From an uncultured bacterium (lineage in GTDB: Bacteria; Electryoneota; AABM5-125-24; Hatepunaeales; Hatepunaeaceae): DNA of 64,000 nt. Every line of letters begins with the position of its first letter. The stretch's first letter is position 1. Shown piece after piece: positions 9,515-19,656 of this stretch. Location: positions 5,615-69,614 of the forward strand of contig CAZVKN010000016.1 in assembly GCA_964627035.1 (NCBI GenBank), in the 5' to 3' direction. The notes below the pieces were generated by a model. The model worked only from the letters and a program-made list of their open reading frames with translations. It searched no databases and had not been told where the DNA came from. Position numbers and translations under genes: made by a program.

Positions 9515-10738
9515 CTAAATTCTAAACAGAACAGATTCTCTCTGGAACATTCTCGTAACTAAGTATAGTCCGCCTGCTGCTAATACAAAGTTCACCGCAA
9601 TCACCAACAGCAGCAGAGCGGGATCAATTGAATCGTTAAAGCCTTGCTTCAGGAGTAAGGATACGTTGAGGACCGGGATAAATGACATCTTCACCGTCAG
9701 TTCAAGGTCCGGCACCATCGAAGCCATTGACGGGACAATTGCAAATATCATCAATGGTGAAATGTAGCTCTGAGCCTCTTTATAGCTCTTCGCATACAGT
9801 GACAGTGTCATCAGCAGGGATGAGAACAACACAGCCATCGGCAGGATTACAATCAGCAGCACAAGTATGATCTGCGGATCAATTTGGATATTGATTTTTT
9901 CACCGACTTCCTTAAATATCTTCACCCCCACCATTGCAGTGAATGACATACTCCCGATAGCGAGGAGTGATGTTATCATCGAAGCTGTCAGCACTGTGAA
10001 GAACTTGCCCATTACAATATCAATTCGTGACACGCCAGCGACCAACAGCGTCTCAAGTGTTCCGCGCTCCTTCTCGCCAGCGGTCAGATCTATCGCTGGA
10101 TACATCGCTCCCATCAACAGCATCAGAATTACTATGTACGGAATGATCATACCAAGAACAAATCCTCCCATTTCCTCTGTTGTGACCACATTGTTATAGT
10201 GCACAACGAAAGGTTTTACCATGTCGGGATTGATTCCTTGTGCCGTTAAGGTGGCTTCAGTGATTTCAGAGCGGTATTCATCAATTACACCGAAAACCTT
10301 TGATGCTGCAAATTCAGATGTCTGTCGGGTCCTGTTCAGATATAACAGCAAACCGGGTGACTCTCCATCGGTTCCCGTGAGAACCTGTTTCAGTGATTCG
10401 TTAAATCCTTCCGGTGCGACGATCACGACATCCACTGCTTTATCTCTCATCATTTGAATTGCCACTGAGCTATCCGCAACATTGGTAATCAGATCCACTA
10501 CATCGGCTTCTTCAATCCGCTGCACGAGTTCAGGGATATTCTCGTAAGCAACCCATGCGACCACGGATCGCTTTTCCTCCAGATCACCCATCCGTTTAGC
10601 CATGAATGCCCCCATACCGATATACAGTATGGGAAACATGAGAATCGGAAACAGGACAGTGGAGATTATGGTTCGTCTGTCACGGAGGATGTCTTTTAAT
10701 TCCTTGATATAGATTACAAACATGCTTTGGAAGTTCAT
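9515..10738 (-). CDS. ABC-2 type permease, NatB-like
   Basis: KELKDILRDRRT, AGEKERGTLETLL, AKSYKEAQSY. Confidence 0.9.
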   Translation of the reverse strand: MNFQSMFVIYIKELKDILRDRRTIISTVLFPILMFPILYIGMGAFMAKRMGDLEEKRSVVAWVAYENIPELVQRIEEADVVDLITNVADSSVAIQMMRDKAVDVVIVAPEGFNESLKQVLTGTDGESPGLLLYLNRTRQTSEFAASKVFGVIDEYRSEITEATLTAQGINPDMVKPFVVHYNNVVTTEEMGGFVLGMIIPYIVILMLLMGAMYPAIDLTAGEKERGTLETLLVAGVSRIDIVMGKFFTVLTASMITSLLAIGSMSFTAMVGVKIFKEVGEKINIQIDPQIILVLLIVILPMAVLFSSLLMTLSLYAKSYKEAQSYISPLMIFAIVPSMASMVPDLELTVKMSFIPVLNVSLLLKQGFNDSIDPALLLLVIAVNFVLAAGGLYLVTRMFQRESVLFRI

Positions 10739-10938
10739 TTGGTAATTTCGATTTAAAAGTTTGAAAGTTTAAAAGTTTGCAAGTAAGAAAGTTTTTCAAC
10801 CTGTAACTTGTCAACGTGCCACACAACTACAGCCAACCTTAAATATAGCCACTATTAATTTGATTCCCAACATTTTAAGGCAGATTACATTGTCACTACA
10901 AATCTTATAGTGATGCTCGAAAAGAAAGTTCCAAAATA

Positions 10939-10988
10939 GGAGTGCCGACATTCCTGTCGGCAAGCACGGGCAGGAATGTCCATGCTCC
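10939..10988. repeat. GGAG-type REP doublet
   Basis: GGAGT-GCCGACA-ttcc-TGTCGGC ... GGGCAGGAATGTCCATGCTCC. Confidence 0.7.
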
Positions 10989-11015
10989 CTATAAGAAATA
11001 ATTTCCCAAAAACAC

Positions 11016-11047
11016 AAAAAATCCCCGCCGAATCAGCTCCGGCGGGG
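11016..11047 (-). terminator. Intrinsic terminator of the T9SS cargo gene
   Basis: CCCCGCCG/CGGCGGGG stem with A tract on + (U tract on -). Confidence 0.75.
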
Positions 11048-11074
11048 TAATTTGCATGGATAACAATGCTAAGA

Positions 11075-14000
11075 CTATTTCATCAGCACAACTCTTTTTA
11101 CGATCTGCGTGGTACCTGCTTCAAGCTTGATGAAGTACAAACCGTTGGAAAAACCATCAGCTCGCCATGCCACTTGGTGAAAACCGGTCTGCGATTGACC
11201 TTCATGCAGCGTCGCAACTGCTCTGCCGTTGACGTCGAACACAGCGATTCTGACCGCACCGGACTCAGGCAATCCGAACGTAATCCGAACCTGATCGTTG
11301 AACGGGTTGGGGTAGGGGTTTGTTAGAGTGAAGTCTGTGGGTCGTAATTCAACGTCACCATCAACTGCATCCGGTTCATCAACTTCCATTATAACAGGAA
11401 GGATGATATCATCCCCCCGACCATCATGTTCAATGATTAGCTCCCCTTCAAACTGTAAACCCACATCAACGTCTGAAGCATCTAAAGTTACCGTCAGTTC
11501 TACAAAATCATCATCGTCAATCTGTCCTAATTCAGGTTCACTTTGTAACCACCCGGAATATGGAGACAATTGCCAGAGATTCACCTGATCCGGTGCTTCA
11601 TTTCGTCCATGCAACAATCCAATGAATACATAAGACATAGGATCATAATCTTTAGTTATGCACATGCCGCCTGCCCTTAAATCCTCATCAGTTTCAAGAT
11701 CCGTTACAAGTGACCACTCACCTGTCTCAGGATTAACTTTGTTGATCTGCGTCTCAAATTCACCGTTACGACAAAAACTATAAATAATTGCATCATCCGG
11801 ATCATCCACAAACGTACCGAGACCGAGAATACGATTCCCCTGCACTGATTCGACTTCAGCTATAACATTACCTTCAACAGTAATACCGAAAAGGTTCGAT
11901 CCCGTGCCACACAACCAGAGGAATTCATTGACAGGATCCCAGGTTATTCCGTAAATCAGGTTAACAGGAGTTTCAAACTGATCAAGCAACTCTCCGCCCG
12001 GTGTGAACACATATACATCAGAACCGTCACCACCGTAAAGTCTGCTGCCGTCCCAGGCAAGATCACGCATTCCCCAGCGGGAATCGTTAAATTGATCGAA
12101 TGAATCGAGATACTCACCGTTTGCATCAAAAATGTGAACCTGTCCCCGTCCTTCTCCGTTGTTACCACCTGTCACATAGATACTCTCGCCGTCAAACTCC
12201 ACACCCTGCAACCGCCTGTCATCACACTGTTCCTGAGCATTTATATCTTCACGGAGATCCCATTCTTCCAGATCCCCGACTTGTGGAAACCTCTTGTCTA
12301 TCGAATAGTTGAGAGGTGCGTTGCCGCTGTTAACAATGCTGATTGCAAACTGCTCAGACTCATTCTGTCGAACTTCGGCATCTATCCTCTCTGTCTCAAT
12401 GTCACAGGTGGCGTAGAACAGCCTAATGTCAAGCGAGATCTCTTCATTCGGTTCGAGGCTGAACTCCTGTGAATGATAGGTAGAGTAGTCTTCATCTTCA
12501 ACAGTTATCGTGTAATTGCCAACCGGCATTCGATCAAACACATAGTCTCCATTGACATCAGTATCCCTACTCTGAGCCTGAACGTTTTGACCTTCTAATG
12601 TTACCGTTATGCCCTCTAATTCTTCGTCGGTTTCCGCATCTGTCACTGTTCCCTGAACCAGACCAAATCCTTCAACGACATTGAAGTAAACAGGGACTTC
12701 CAATGGCATATAATCATCCACATCAGGGCGGAAGTGTATTAGGGTAGATTGTTCACCGAACTGATCATAATCATCGGGGAGGAACAGGAATATATCCATA
12801 TCAACGGTATCGCCGGGTGCCATCTCCAGTTCATCGGGATCTGACCCTATCCAATCTTCAACCGGATCAATGAGTATTGCTATTTCAGGAGCATCATCGT
12901 TTTCCGGATTGTAAGCGACAAACAGAAGAAGTTCTGCGTCAAGTCCGGGTGCAACCTGCCCGAAGTCTATTCGTTCGGGGATGAACTGCAATGGTAATGG
13001 ATAGTGGGGGAAAACCAAACCTATGTCAGCCCTTGAGCCGTCAGGATCTTCCGGTGAATCTGGATCACCCGCATCTATGCATGGAGAATCATCTGTCAAG
13101 TGGAAATCACCCTCGTCTGGATCAATAAATAAAGGATCTTCGTCCAGCATGCCATCACCAACCTCAATTTCTTCATTATCGAAGTCCTCAATCAGACAAT
13201 ATTGTGCTTCCATTGAACAGCCTCCACCGGGCATCCACAGAATATCATTATTCCCCCAAATTATTGAATTCTTAATCTCTAAATGAGAGTCTTCGTACAG
13301 CGTAATTGCCGGACCGCGGCTGTTATCGAAAATGACATTACGATCAAAGTCCTCAATTCTGCTGCCAACACCAAGATAAACCGGACCACCACTATTTCCG
13401 TAGATCAGATTATTATATACCCGTGCGGTAGATCCATGATGGAAGTATAGTACGGAACCCCAATGTCTATCGGTGGTCTCGTTAAAGCGAAGTATATTGC
13501 CTTCGATAAGTTGGTTTCCCCGAGAAACGATTATACCTGAGCCCCAATTACCCACGTTGTTTTCCACAAGGTTATTAAGAACAGGCATATCAGTTGACTC
13601 AAACCAGATAATGTCAGTAAAAGTTCTTGTATGGTGTGCATGATTGTTGCTAAATTCACCGGAACAATCATAGAAACAAACCGCTCCGCCTTCACCGGTT
13701 CCACGACAATGACGGAAGATATTGTGTGACACAATCAGATCATCACAATCTTCCCCATACAATCCACCCCCTCGGGAATCGGGATGGGGGTATCTGCCGA
13801 CCTGTTCACTAAACTCAATAATGCAGTAGGATATCCGGCAGTTGTCATCGGCGTCTATCAAACGAATCGAACGCCACCATTCATCCTCTTCCCTGCTTGA
13901 GAACAGGATCATATTCTCATCGTCACCAACGGCTGTTAACAAACCATTGACAATGAAAGTGTGAGTACCGTCAAACAACACCTCAACTCCCGGCTCTATT

Positions 14001-14167
14001 ATCAGTTCATCTCCACCATGTACACGAATATCATCCAATACAATGTATGGTGAGCCTTCAACTATCCATTCGCCCTCGACATCACCTTCAACTTCAGTCT
14101 GTGCGAAGGATTGACAGACTGAGAGTGTAACCAATGTTGTAATAAGGAAAAGTTTTTGATATGACAT
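11075..14167 (-). CDS. Large acidic secreted protein: beta-helix, carboxypeptidase-regulatory-like domain, propeller-like region, T9SS-type C-terminal sorting domain
   Basis: Signal peptide; FHLTDDSPCIDAGDP; GTVTDAET; C-terminal NPYPNPFN...NGLYFIKL...KRVVLMK. Confidence 0.85.
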   Translation of the reverse strand: MSYQKLFLITTLVTLSVCQSFAQTEVEGDVEGEWIVEGSPYIVLDDIRVHGGDELIIEPGVEVLFDGTHTFIVNGLLTAVGDDENMILFSSREEDEWWRSIRLIDADDNCRISYCIIEFSEQVGRYPHPDSRGGGLYGEDCDDLIVSHNIFRHCRGTGEGGAVCFYDCSGEFSNNHAHHTRTFTDIIWFESTDMPVLNNLVENNVGNWGSGIIVSRGNQLIEGNILRFNETTDRHWGSVLYFHHGSTARVYNNLIYGNSGGPVYLGVGSRIEDFDRNVIFDNSRGPAITLYEDSHLEIKNSIIWGNNDILWMPGGGCSMEAQYCLIEDFDNEEIEVGDGMLDEDPLFIDPDEGDFHLTDDSPCIDAGDPDSPEDPDGSRADIGLVFPHYPLPLQFIPERIDFGQVAPGLDAELLLFVAYNPENDDAPEIAILIDPVEDWIGSDPDELEMAPGDTVDMDIFLFLPDDYDQFGEQSTLIHFRPDVDDYMPLEVPVYFNVVEGFGLVQGTVTDAETDEELEGITVTLEGQNVQAQSRDTDVNGDYVFDRMPVGNYTITVEDEDYSTYHSQEFSLEPNEEISLDIRLFYATCDIETERIDAEVRQNESEQFAISIVNSGNAPLNYSIDKRFPQVGDLEEWDLREDINAQEQCDDRRLQGVEFDGESIYVTGGNNGEGRGQVHIFDANGEYLDSFDQFNDSRWGMRDLAWDGSRLYGGDGSDVYVFTPGGELLDQFETPVNLIYGITWDPVNEFLWLCGTGSNLFGITVEGNVIAEVESVQGNRILGLGTFVDDPDDAIIYSFCRNGEFETQINKVNPETGEWSLVTDLETDEDLRAGGMCITKDYDPMSYVFIGLLHGRNEAPDQVNLWQLSPYSGWLQSEPELGQIDDDDFVELTVTLDASDVDVGLQFEGELIIEHDGRGDDIILPVIMEVDEPDAVDGDVELRPTDFTLTNPYPNPFNDQVRITFGLPESGAVRIAVFDVNGRAVATLHEGQSQTGFHQVAWRADGFSNGLYFIKLEAGTTQIVKRVVLMK

Positions 14168-14187
14168 GATTCGACACCCGCTGCATG

Positions 14188-14775
14188 TTACTTAACTACC
14201 TTGATATTAAAATCTACTTCATAAAAACCACCGACCCATGCACACCAGATTCTCTCACATAAAAAAGGATGTGCATTTGCCAGACGGTTAATTATCCTGT
14301 TCATAGCGTTTAGCAATACCCGCTTAAAACCTGACTTACGCTCGATGACTTGGGGGGGCCACCACCGCAACTCAGCACGAGTCACCTTCAAGTTGACTTC
14401 AGGCAAATAGTCAGGATGACCTGTTAAATCGTGCATGTCATGGTCGTAATGTTCAAAAGTGCGGGTACTGTATCTATATATATGAGTCAGATCGTCACTA
14501 AATGCAGGATTGGAAAAATGGGGTAAAATTAAACGAATGTCAGCATCAGGTTTACAAACACGGTAAAGCTCCTGAAGCAGTTTCAAATTGTCCGGAATAT
14601 GTTCCAGAGCGTAGCTGGAATAAATTTCATCAAATGAATCATCTTTGAACGGCATGTTACGCGCATCTGCAAGTACATCAATATCTTCGGCAGGTAGAAT
14701 GTCGAGCCCGATATAACCATCTAATTTATGATAGGAGCATCCAAGATCTAAACGCACAGCATTTTTGTCACTCAT
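14188..14775 (-). CDS. Class I SAM-dependent methyltransferase (Methyltransf_11-like)
   Basis: LDLGCS, PFKDDSFDEI, LEHI, ELYRVCKP, DLTH. Confidence 0.85.
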   Translation of the reverse strand: MSDKNAVRLDLGCSYHKLDGYIGLDILPAEDIDVLADARNMPFKDDSFDEIYSSYALEHIPDNLKLLQELYRVCKPDADIRLILPHFSNPAFSDDLTHIYRYSTRTFEHYDHDMHDLTGHPDYLPEVNLKVTRAELRWWPPQVIERKSGFKRVLLNAMNRIINRLANAHPFLCERIWCAWVGGFYEVDFNIKVVK

Positions 14776-15343
14776 CCTTTACCGGCTCCAACTCAAACGT
14801 AACCTCATAAAATCCACCTACCCAATAACACCACAGTCTTTCACACAGGAACTGATTCCAATTGGCAAGTCCACTGATGATACGATTTAGAATACTTAAT
14901 ACCAATCTCTTCCAGCCTTTTTTCTCAATATAAATCCTCTTAGGCCAATATGTCAAGAGAACACGACCGGTCTTTAAATTTACTTTTGGCAGATAAATTG
15001 GAAATCCGGCATTTCGAGCATGTTCCAAATCATAATACTCAAAACTACGAACACTGAATGGACGTAAATGCGTGACATCTGCCCAATATGCATGGTTTGA
15101 GTAGTGTGGTACAATTATATTAATCCGACCACCTGACCGAACCACCCGATAAAGTTCGGAGATACATTGCAGAGGATCTTGAACATGTTCAAGCGTGTGA
15201 CGTGAATGAATCTCATCCACTGAAGAGGTCGCAAACGGTAATGCTTGTAGGTCGGCTACAACATCTACATCGGATCCACGTTCAATGTCCACACCGATAT
15301 GTCCTGGCAGTTTGTGATAGGAACATCCCAAATCAAGGATCAT
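14768..15343 (-). CDS. Class I SAM-dependent methyltransferase, paralog of the neighbour
   Basis: MILDLGCSYHK, LEHV, ELYRV; shared FLCERxWCxWVGGFYEV; start adjusted to MILDLG. Confidence 0.85.
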   Translation of the reverse strand: MILDLGCSYHKLPGHIGVDIERGSDVDVVADLQALPFATSSVDEIHSRHTLEHVQDPLQCISELYRVVRSGGRINIIVPHYSNHAYWADVTHLRPFSVRSFEYYDLEHARNAGFPIYLPKVNLKTGRVLLTYWPKRIYIEKKGWKRLVLSILNRIISGLANWNQFLCERLWCYWVGGFYEVTFELEPVKDE

Positions 15344-15419
15344 ATTATTATGTAGCGAAATATGGTAATTTATAAAACAGGTATCATTATGTTCTGAACA
15401 GCTACAGCAACTCGGTCTA

Positions 15420-15448
15420 AATTTACTCTTATCCAAGCTGTTTGTCAA
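15420..15448 (-). promoter_or_regulatory. Putative sigma70 promoter for the methyltransferase-methyltransferase-cargo unit
   Basis: TTGACA-17 bp-TAAATT on the minus strand. Confidence 0.6.
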
Positions 15449-15495
15449 TAGAGATTCACCCGCTAACCAATATAGACGGGGCTTAAATAATAGCG

Positions 15496-15765
15496 TTAAG
15501 GATTCACAATCGTTTCATCATGTCCACCGACACGACGTAGGAATATAGTATCACCCTTGATGCGAAAAGTTATCCGCAGCGATCTGGATACACGCATACG
15601 GTAAATACCTCGCTGACCGGCATCGCCCTTCATTTTCTTAAGGCGTAATGATGGATGACGTAAGTCTTTGCGCAACAGTTGAATCTTAGCCTTGGTTTGT
15701 TTCGTTTCCTGTGGTGTCAGCCTTTTCAAATCACGTCTGAAAGTGTTGTCAAACCGTAGAATCAT
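15496..15765 (-). CDS. RelE/ParE-superfamily toxin
   Basis: 89 aa, basic; FRRDLKRL, HPSLRLKK, RVSRSLRITF, RVGGHD; ATGA overlap with the antitoxin. Confidence 0.85.
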   Translation of the reverse strand: MILRFDNTFRRDLKRLTPQETKQTKAKIQLLRKDLRHPSLRLKKMKGDAGQRGIYRMRVSRSLRITFRIKGDTIFLRRVGGHDETIVNP

Positions 15766-16199
15766 GACTCATGAAGACTCGCAAAGTAGTTGTCAATGTC
15801 CTCTGCAGTTTCAAGTGGTTCAGACACTCTACCTTCAGCTTCATCACGCGTCGCCTCCCGTTCTCCTTCCTGCCACTCTTCAGTGTACCACCACCATTCG
15901 TCAGCATCAATCAAACCCACTTTGACACCGACTCTAATTTCATCTTTGGTCAAACCGACAGAATTAACGTGATCTGAGCCGATCTTCTCAAGTTTATCCT
16001 GTACAATTTGAAGTAATTGTTGTTCCTGTCTGGATAATTTGGCAACGGCGGGCTTACTTATCACCTGCTGCGGGGTCATTACTATTCGACCGCCTTGACA
16101 AACCACCTCTAATGAGTCACCAACCTGGCACTCAAATTGGCGTCGCACCTCTTTAGGGATGGTTACTTGGTATCTATCCTTTACTTTTGCGGTAGCCAT
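15762..16199 (-). CDS. AbrB/MazE-type antitoxin
   Basis: KDRYQVTIPKEVR..GDSL AbrB domain; acidic WWYTEEWQEGEREA tail; SD GGAG; start adjusted to MATAK. Confidence 0.85.
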   Translation of the reverse strand: MATAKVKDRYQVTIPKEVRRQFECQVGDSLEVVCQGGRIVMTPQQVISKPAVAKLSRQEQQLLQIVQDKLEKIGSDHVNSVGLTKDEIRVGVKVGLIDADEWWWYTEEWQEGEREATRDEAEGRVSEPLETAEDIDNYFASLHES

Positions 16200-16215
16200 T
16201 GTGTTCTCCATAATG

Positions 16216-16270
16216 TGTGAAAGTTTGAATTTCATACATTAAATATAGCAATCTTAAGAAAAGATGTCAA
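16216..16270 (-). promoter_or_regulatory. TA promoter with candidate autoregulatory operator
   Basis: TTGACA-17-TATATT (16270-16242); TGAAA...TTTCA inverted repeat just downstream. Confidence 0.6.
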
Positions 16271-16334
16271 GCTATCTCATCGCCTGTTTCAGATCACCTT
16301 AGAGGTTCAAGCGGGTAAGTGATAGCGGTTGCGG

Positions 16335-16372
16335 AAGAAAATAACGGCGGTCACCGCAATGACCGCCGTTAT
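16335..16372 (-). terminator. Intrinsic terminator
   Basis: Perfect 13-bp stem ATAACGGCGGTCA/TGACCGCCGTTAT with U-rich tail on the minus strand. Confidence 0.8.
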
Positions 16373-16380
16373 ACAGTAAC

Positions 16381-19185
16381 TCACCTTACCAAAACCAGCT
16401 TACTCGTCGCACTGAACACACCTGCTTCCAGTCTGTACATATACACACCGGTCGCCAGATCAGCGGCGTTAAACTGCAGCGTGTGATGTCCCGCTTCAAA
16501 GCTTTCCGATGCGACTGTCGCTACCAAACGACCGCTCACGTCGTGCACCGTCAGCGAAATATCCTGTGCACTCGGCAGCGCAAACGGAATCGTTGTGGTC
16601 GGATTGAACGGGTTCGGGTAAGCCTCACCGAGTGAATACTCAGTCGGTATGACCCCACTCTCGTTGACCCCGGCACCGGGAGTGTGAGCCGTGCAGTGTA
16701 TCACCGGAGGTTCCTGATCGCTGGTCTCTATGATAATGTCACCTTCAAAGAAACCTTCATCAGGTGCACGGAATACAACTGCCATGTCAACCGCTTCACC
16801 GACTCTGAGTGTTGTCGGAGGTTGGAAGTTCAGGCTTGTCACAAATAGGCGATTCTCCGACGTAACATCAGTGATCGTGACCTCATCCGTGCCACCGTTG
16901 AAAAATGCGACCTTTTTAGAGATACGGTCACGAACCTCAACCTCACCGTATTCAAGCTCCTCATGACTGGCAATGAGGTTGACATCATCTATCTCACCAT
17001 CTGACGGCATCAGCACAGCGCGAAGCATGTAGTTGGTCCTGTCCTGCTCTTCAAGCGATCCACCGTCATAGATGAAGTGATGACCTGCTCCCCAATTGCG
17101 ATTAACAGGCATGTTGTCACCGATAATCTGCGGTGAGCCGTCGTCGGATGAAATCTCGAACCAAACCCAGAAGTCACCTGACAACCCGGTCAGCTCATCC
17201 ACATCGGTCAGATCAATGACGTGTAATGACGGGAGAAGGTTCTCCTGTGCAATCGTCAGATCTGCTGAGTAGATGTCATCACCCGGAACACCACCATCAT
17301 CCGCAATAATGTGCAGCGTGGTCTCTGCGTCAATATTCTCCTCAGTACCGTTCCACTGGACATGGAGAGCCTTGATGTCGTACTCAATAGGATTATCGTC
17401 GTCATCTATCAAGCCGTCCTCTTCAGGAGTGAACCAGACTGCAGCGCCACTTCCTCGATCAATATCAAACCTGAACTGCGTAGTGCGCTGGTCGTAGCCC
17501 ATCAGCCAGATGTTCGGCGGATAGATGAGCAGATCCTCGATCCCCATTGTGTCGTTTTCGGTGAAGTCATCACCGGCTGCGGTTGTATAAGTTATGAGAT
17601 CCAGGAATCCGGCATAGGGAATTCTTGAAAGTGTGAACCCATATACCCGCGAAGTATCGGCGTCTATACCGTCCCAGGGAACAATGGGATTAGGTCGTTC
17701 TTCTTCGAACTGGTAATACTTTCTGATCTGCCCCAAATTAGCCAGTCCGTAATTGCGAACGCTTATCTTGCTGCGAGTTTCGAAATCAATAGCGGTCGGG
17801 AACGGTATGTCCATCCACTCCACTCCTGCATCATGTTCACGACGTGATGACATCAGTATCTCCACATCGTCAATCCACAGTCCTGTGCCCTGGTCTCCAT
17901 CCATGACATCATCTGTGATCATCTTCCAGCGCAACTGGATGGTTTCACCGCCGAATTGAGTCAGATTCAATTTGCGACGCCATTCAGGCATATCATCGCG
18001 GAACCACAAATCGGGAATGTAATGAGTCCATTGATCCAGCGGTAGATGGTCTTCGGCACCGTAATCGTAGATGACGTCCTGCCAGCGAATACCATCTGTT
18101 GTGATCTGAACCTGAAAATAGTCGTCCAGAGTGTTGTCTTCACCCGGATTGGCGTTAGCTCTTCGTGTGTCCGGTCTGACCCAAAACTCAAACCAGATGT
18201 ACCAATCCTCCGGCAGGTCAATTTCAGGAGAGACAAGTGCGTTTTGCAGGTCTTCTTCAATCGGGCAGTGTGCGCTGAAGTCTCCACCACGGTGAGCGTC
18301 TTCGTCACTGATTTCCCAATGATCTCCTGAAATATCGCCGGAATCGAAGTCGAACTCATCCTCATCTCCTTCACCATCCGCATTGTTGGTCAGAATAACA
18401 GAACGTCCGCCTGTAATGACGATGTCATCCACCAATAATCCATAAGCTTCCCCATCAGGATCTCCTTCTGGGTTACCCGTGTGCCAAGCAGGATCACTGC
18501 AAAATGCCCAGCGGATCATAACAGATTCCTGACCGCCGAAATCGCTCAGATCAAAATCAGCATCGAGCCACTCCTCAGATGAACCTGTCCAACCCGGAAT
18601 GTCGGGACCCATGCCCCACTCTTCACCGAAGCTGTACAAGCTGCTGCTGGTGTACTCAGGTTCATCCGGCATGAGCACTTCCCACTCATCACCGCCGTCC
18701 GTCGAGATCCACACGTTGGAGCCGTCCCAACCGTCATACGGATCCTGAGCACCTTGCGGCGGCTCGACAGCCCAGTAGATTTTGAATTGCAAGCCACACG
18801 GTTCACCTTCAAAATCAGCCAGACTGAATTCAGGGGTGATCATATACTGAAGCCAGTGATCGTCGTAACCACCCAAGTCTTCATCAGCACACCACCAACT
18901 GTTTCCTTCAAAGGCGTGCGTTTCAGTAACGTGCCACATCGTGCCCGGATCGGTCAGGTCAACATGATCCCAGCCGTTCCAACCGTCTTCAAATCCGTAT
19001 TCATAGAGTACTGAGTCCTCATCAGACTCATCGCGTCCCGGCTCCATAGGCAGCACGACTACCGATCCGGGTGTAATTGCTGATGCATCCGTCTGCCCGG
19101 CTATCGTGAGTGACGCCGTACCGACGACAAACAGTGCAAGCAGTAAGATTGCAGATTGCGAGAAACAACGTTTGTACAACACCAT
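16381..19185 (-). CDS. Large acidic secreted protein: two beta-sandwich (InhA/MAM-like) modules, ASH-like Ig domain, T9SS-type C-terminal sorting domain
   Basis: Signal peptide; two modules ending GLLVDDI and GLWIDDV; C-terminal AYPNPFNP...TGVYMYRL...KLVLVR. Confidence 0.85.
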   Translation of the reverse strand: MVLYKRCFSQSAILLLALFVVGTASLTIAGQTDASAITPGSVVVLPMEPGRDESDEDSVLYEYGFEDGWNGWDHVDLTDPGTMWHVTETHAFEGNSWWCADEDLGGYDDHWLQYMITPEFSLADFEGEPCGLQFKIYWAVEPPQGAQDPYDGWDGSNVWISTDGGDEWEVLMPDEPEYTSSSLYSFGEEWGMGPDIPGWTGSSEEWLDADFDLSDFGGQESVMIRWAFCSDPAWHTGNPEGDPDGEAYGLLVDDIVITGGRSVILTNNADGEGDEDEFDFDSGDISGDHWEISDEDAHRGGDFSAHCPIEEDLQNALVSPEIDLPEDWYIWFEFWVRPDTRRANANPGEDNTLDDYFQVQITTDGIRWQDVIYDYGAEDHLPLDQWTHYIPDLWFRDDMPEWRRKLNLTQFGGETIQLRWKMITDDVMDGDQGTGLWIDDVEILMSSRREHDAGVEWMDIPFPTAIDFETRSKISVRNYGLANLGQIRKYYQFEEERPNPIVPWDGIDADTSRVYGFTLSRIPYAGFLDLITYTTAAGDDFTENDTMGIEDLLIYPPNIWLMGYDQRTTQFRFDIDRGSGAAVWFTPEEDGLIDDDDNPIEYDIKALHVQWNGTEENIDAETTLHIIADDGGVPGDDIYSADLTIAQENLLPSLHVIDLTDVDELTGLSGDFWVWFEISSDDGSPQIIGDNMPVNRNWGAGHHFIYDGGSLEEQDRTNYMLRAVLMPSDGEIDDVNLIASHEELEYGEVEVRDRISKKVAFFNGGTDEVTITDVTSENRLFVTSLNFQPPTTLRVGEAVDMAVVFRAPDEGFFEGDIIIETSDQEPPVIHCTAHTPGAGVNESGVIPTEYSLGEAYPNPFNPTTTIPFALPSAQDISLTVHDVSGRLVATVASESFEAGHHTLQFNAADLATGVYMYRLEAGVFSATSKLVLVR

Positions 19186-19353
19186 CGCTTTAACCTCCCA
19201 AAGTTAAATCTGTCAGTGGAATACTTTTCCACTGTTGTTAGAAATATATTGCTACAAATAACTTGCTTTTAATGCTAACAATGCTATAACAACATCGTAA
19301 CATAGTATAATTGAATCTTAAAATGAACTAATTTAAGTAGTGATAGCGCAACT

Positions 19354-19428
19354 GTCATTCTGAACTCGATCCAGAATCCAGTTGTTTTCATGCTAATTTT
19401 CTGGATTCCGGATCAGGTCTGGAATGAC
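19354..19428. repeat. GTCATTC...GAATGAC RPE-like palindrome
   Basis: GTCATTCTGAACTCGATCCAGAATCCAG...CTGGATTCCGGATCAGGTCTGGAATGAC. Confidence 0.8.
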
Positions 19429-19514
19429 AAAGACGTAACGTTCAGAATGATAAATTCACACTTATATAACTACAAAGGTTATACGAGTTCATTTTGAATT
19501 GAATACAGATTAAT

Positions 19515-19543
19515 AATTTAACTCCAAGAGAGTCTGGTGTCAA
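19515..19543 (-). promoter_or_regulatory. Putative sigma70 promoter for the T9SS cargo gene
   Basis: TTGACA-17-TAAATT on the minus strand. Confidence 0.55.
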
Positions 19544-19587
19544 GCTGTAAAATAGAAACATATCTGCTTTGATAGCGATGCAGAGTG

Positions 19588-19616
19588 TTGACATCTTGGT
19601 TCTCTTGTTATATCTT
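19588..19616 (+). promoter_or_regulatory. Putative sigma70 promoter, divergent from the previous one
   Basis: TTGACA-17-TATCTT, 40 bp before the ATG at 19657; SD GAGGT. Confidence 0.65.
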
Positions 19617-19656
19617 ATGCTAATAGATTTAATTAAGCATCATATTGAGGTAACAG

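Noticed and set aside
10811-11017. 68-aa ORF upstream of the permease
   Set aside because: Runs through a REP doublet; no SD or recognisable motif
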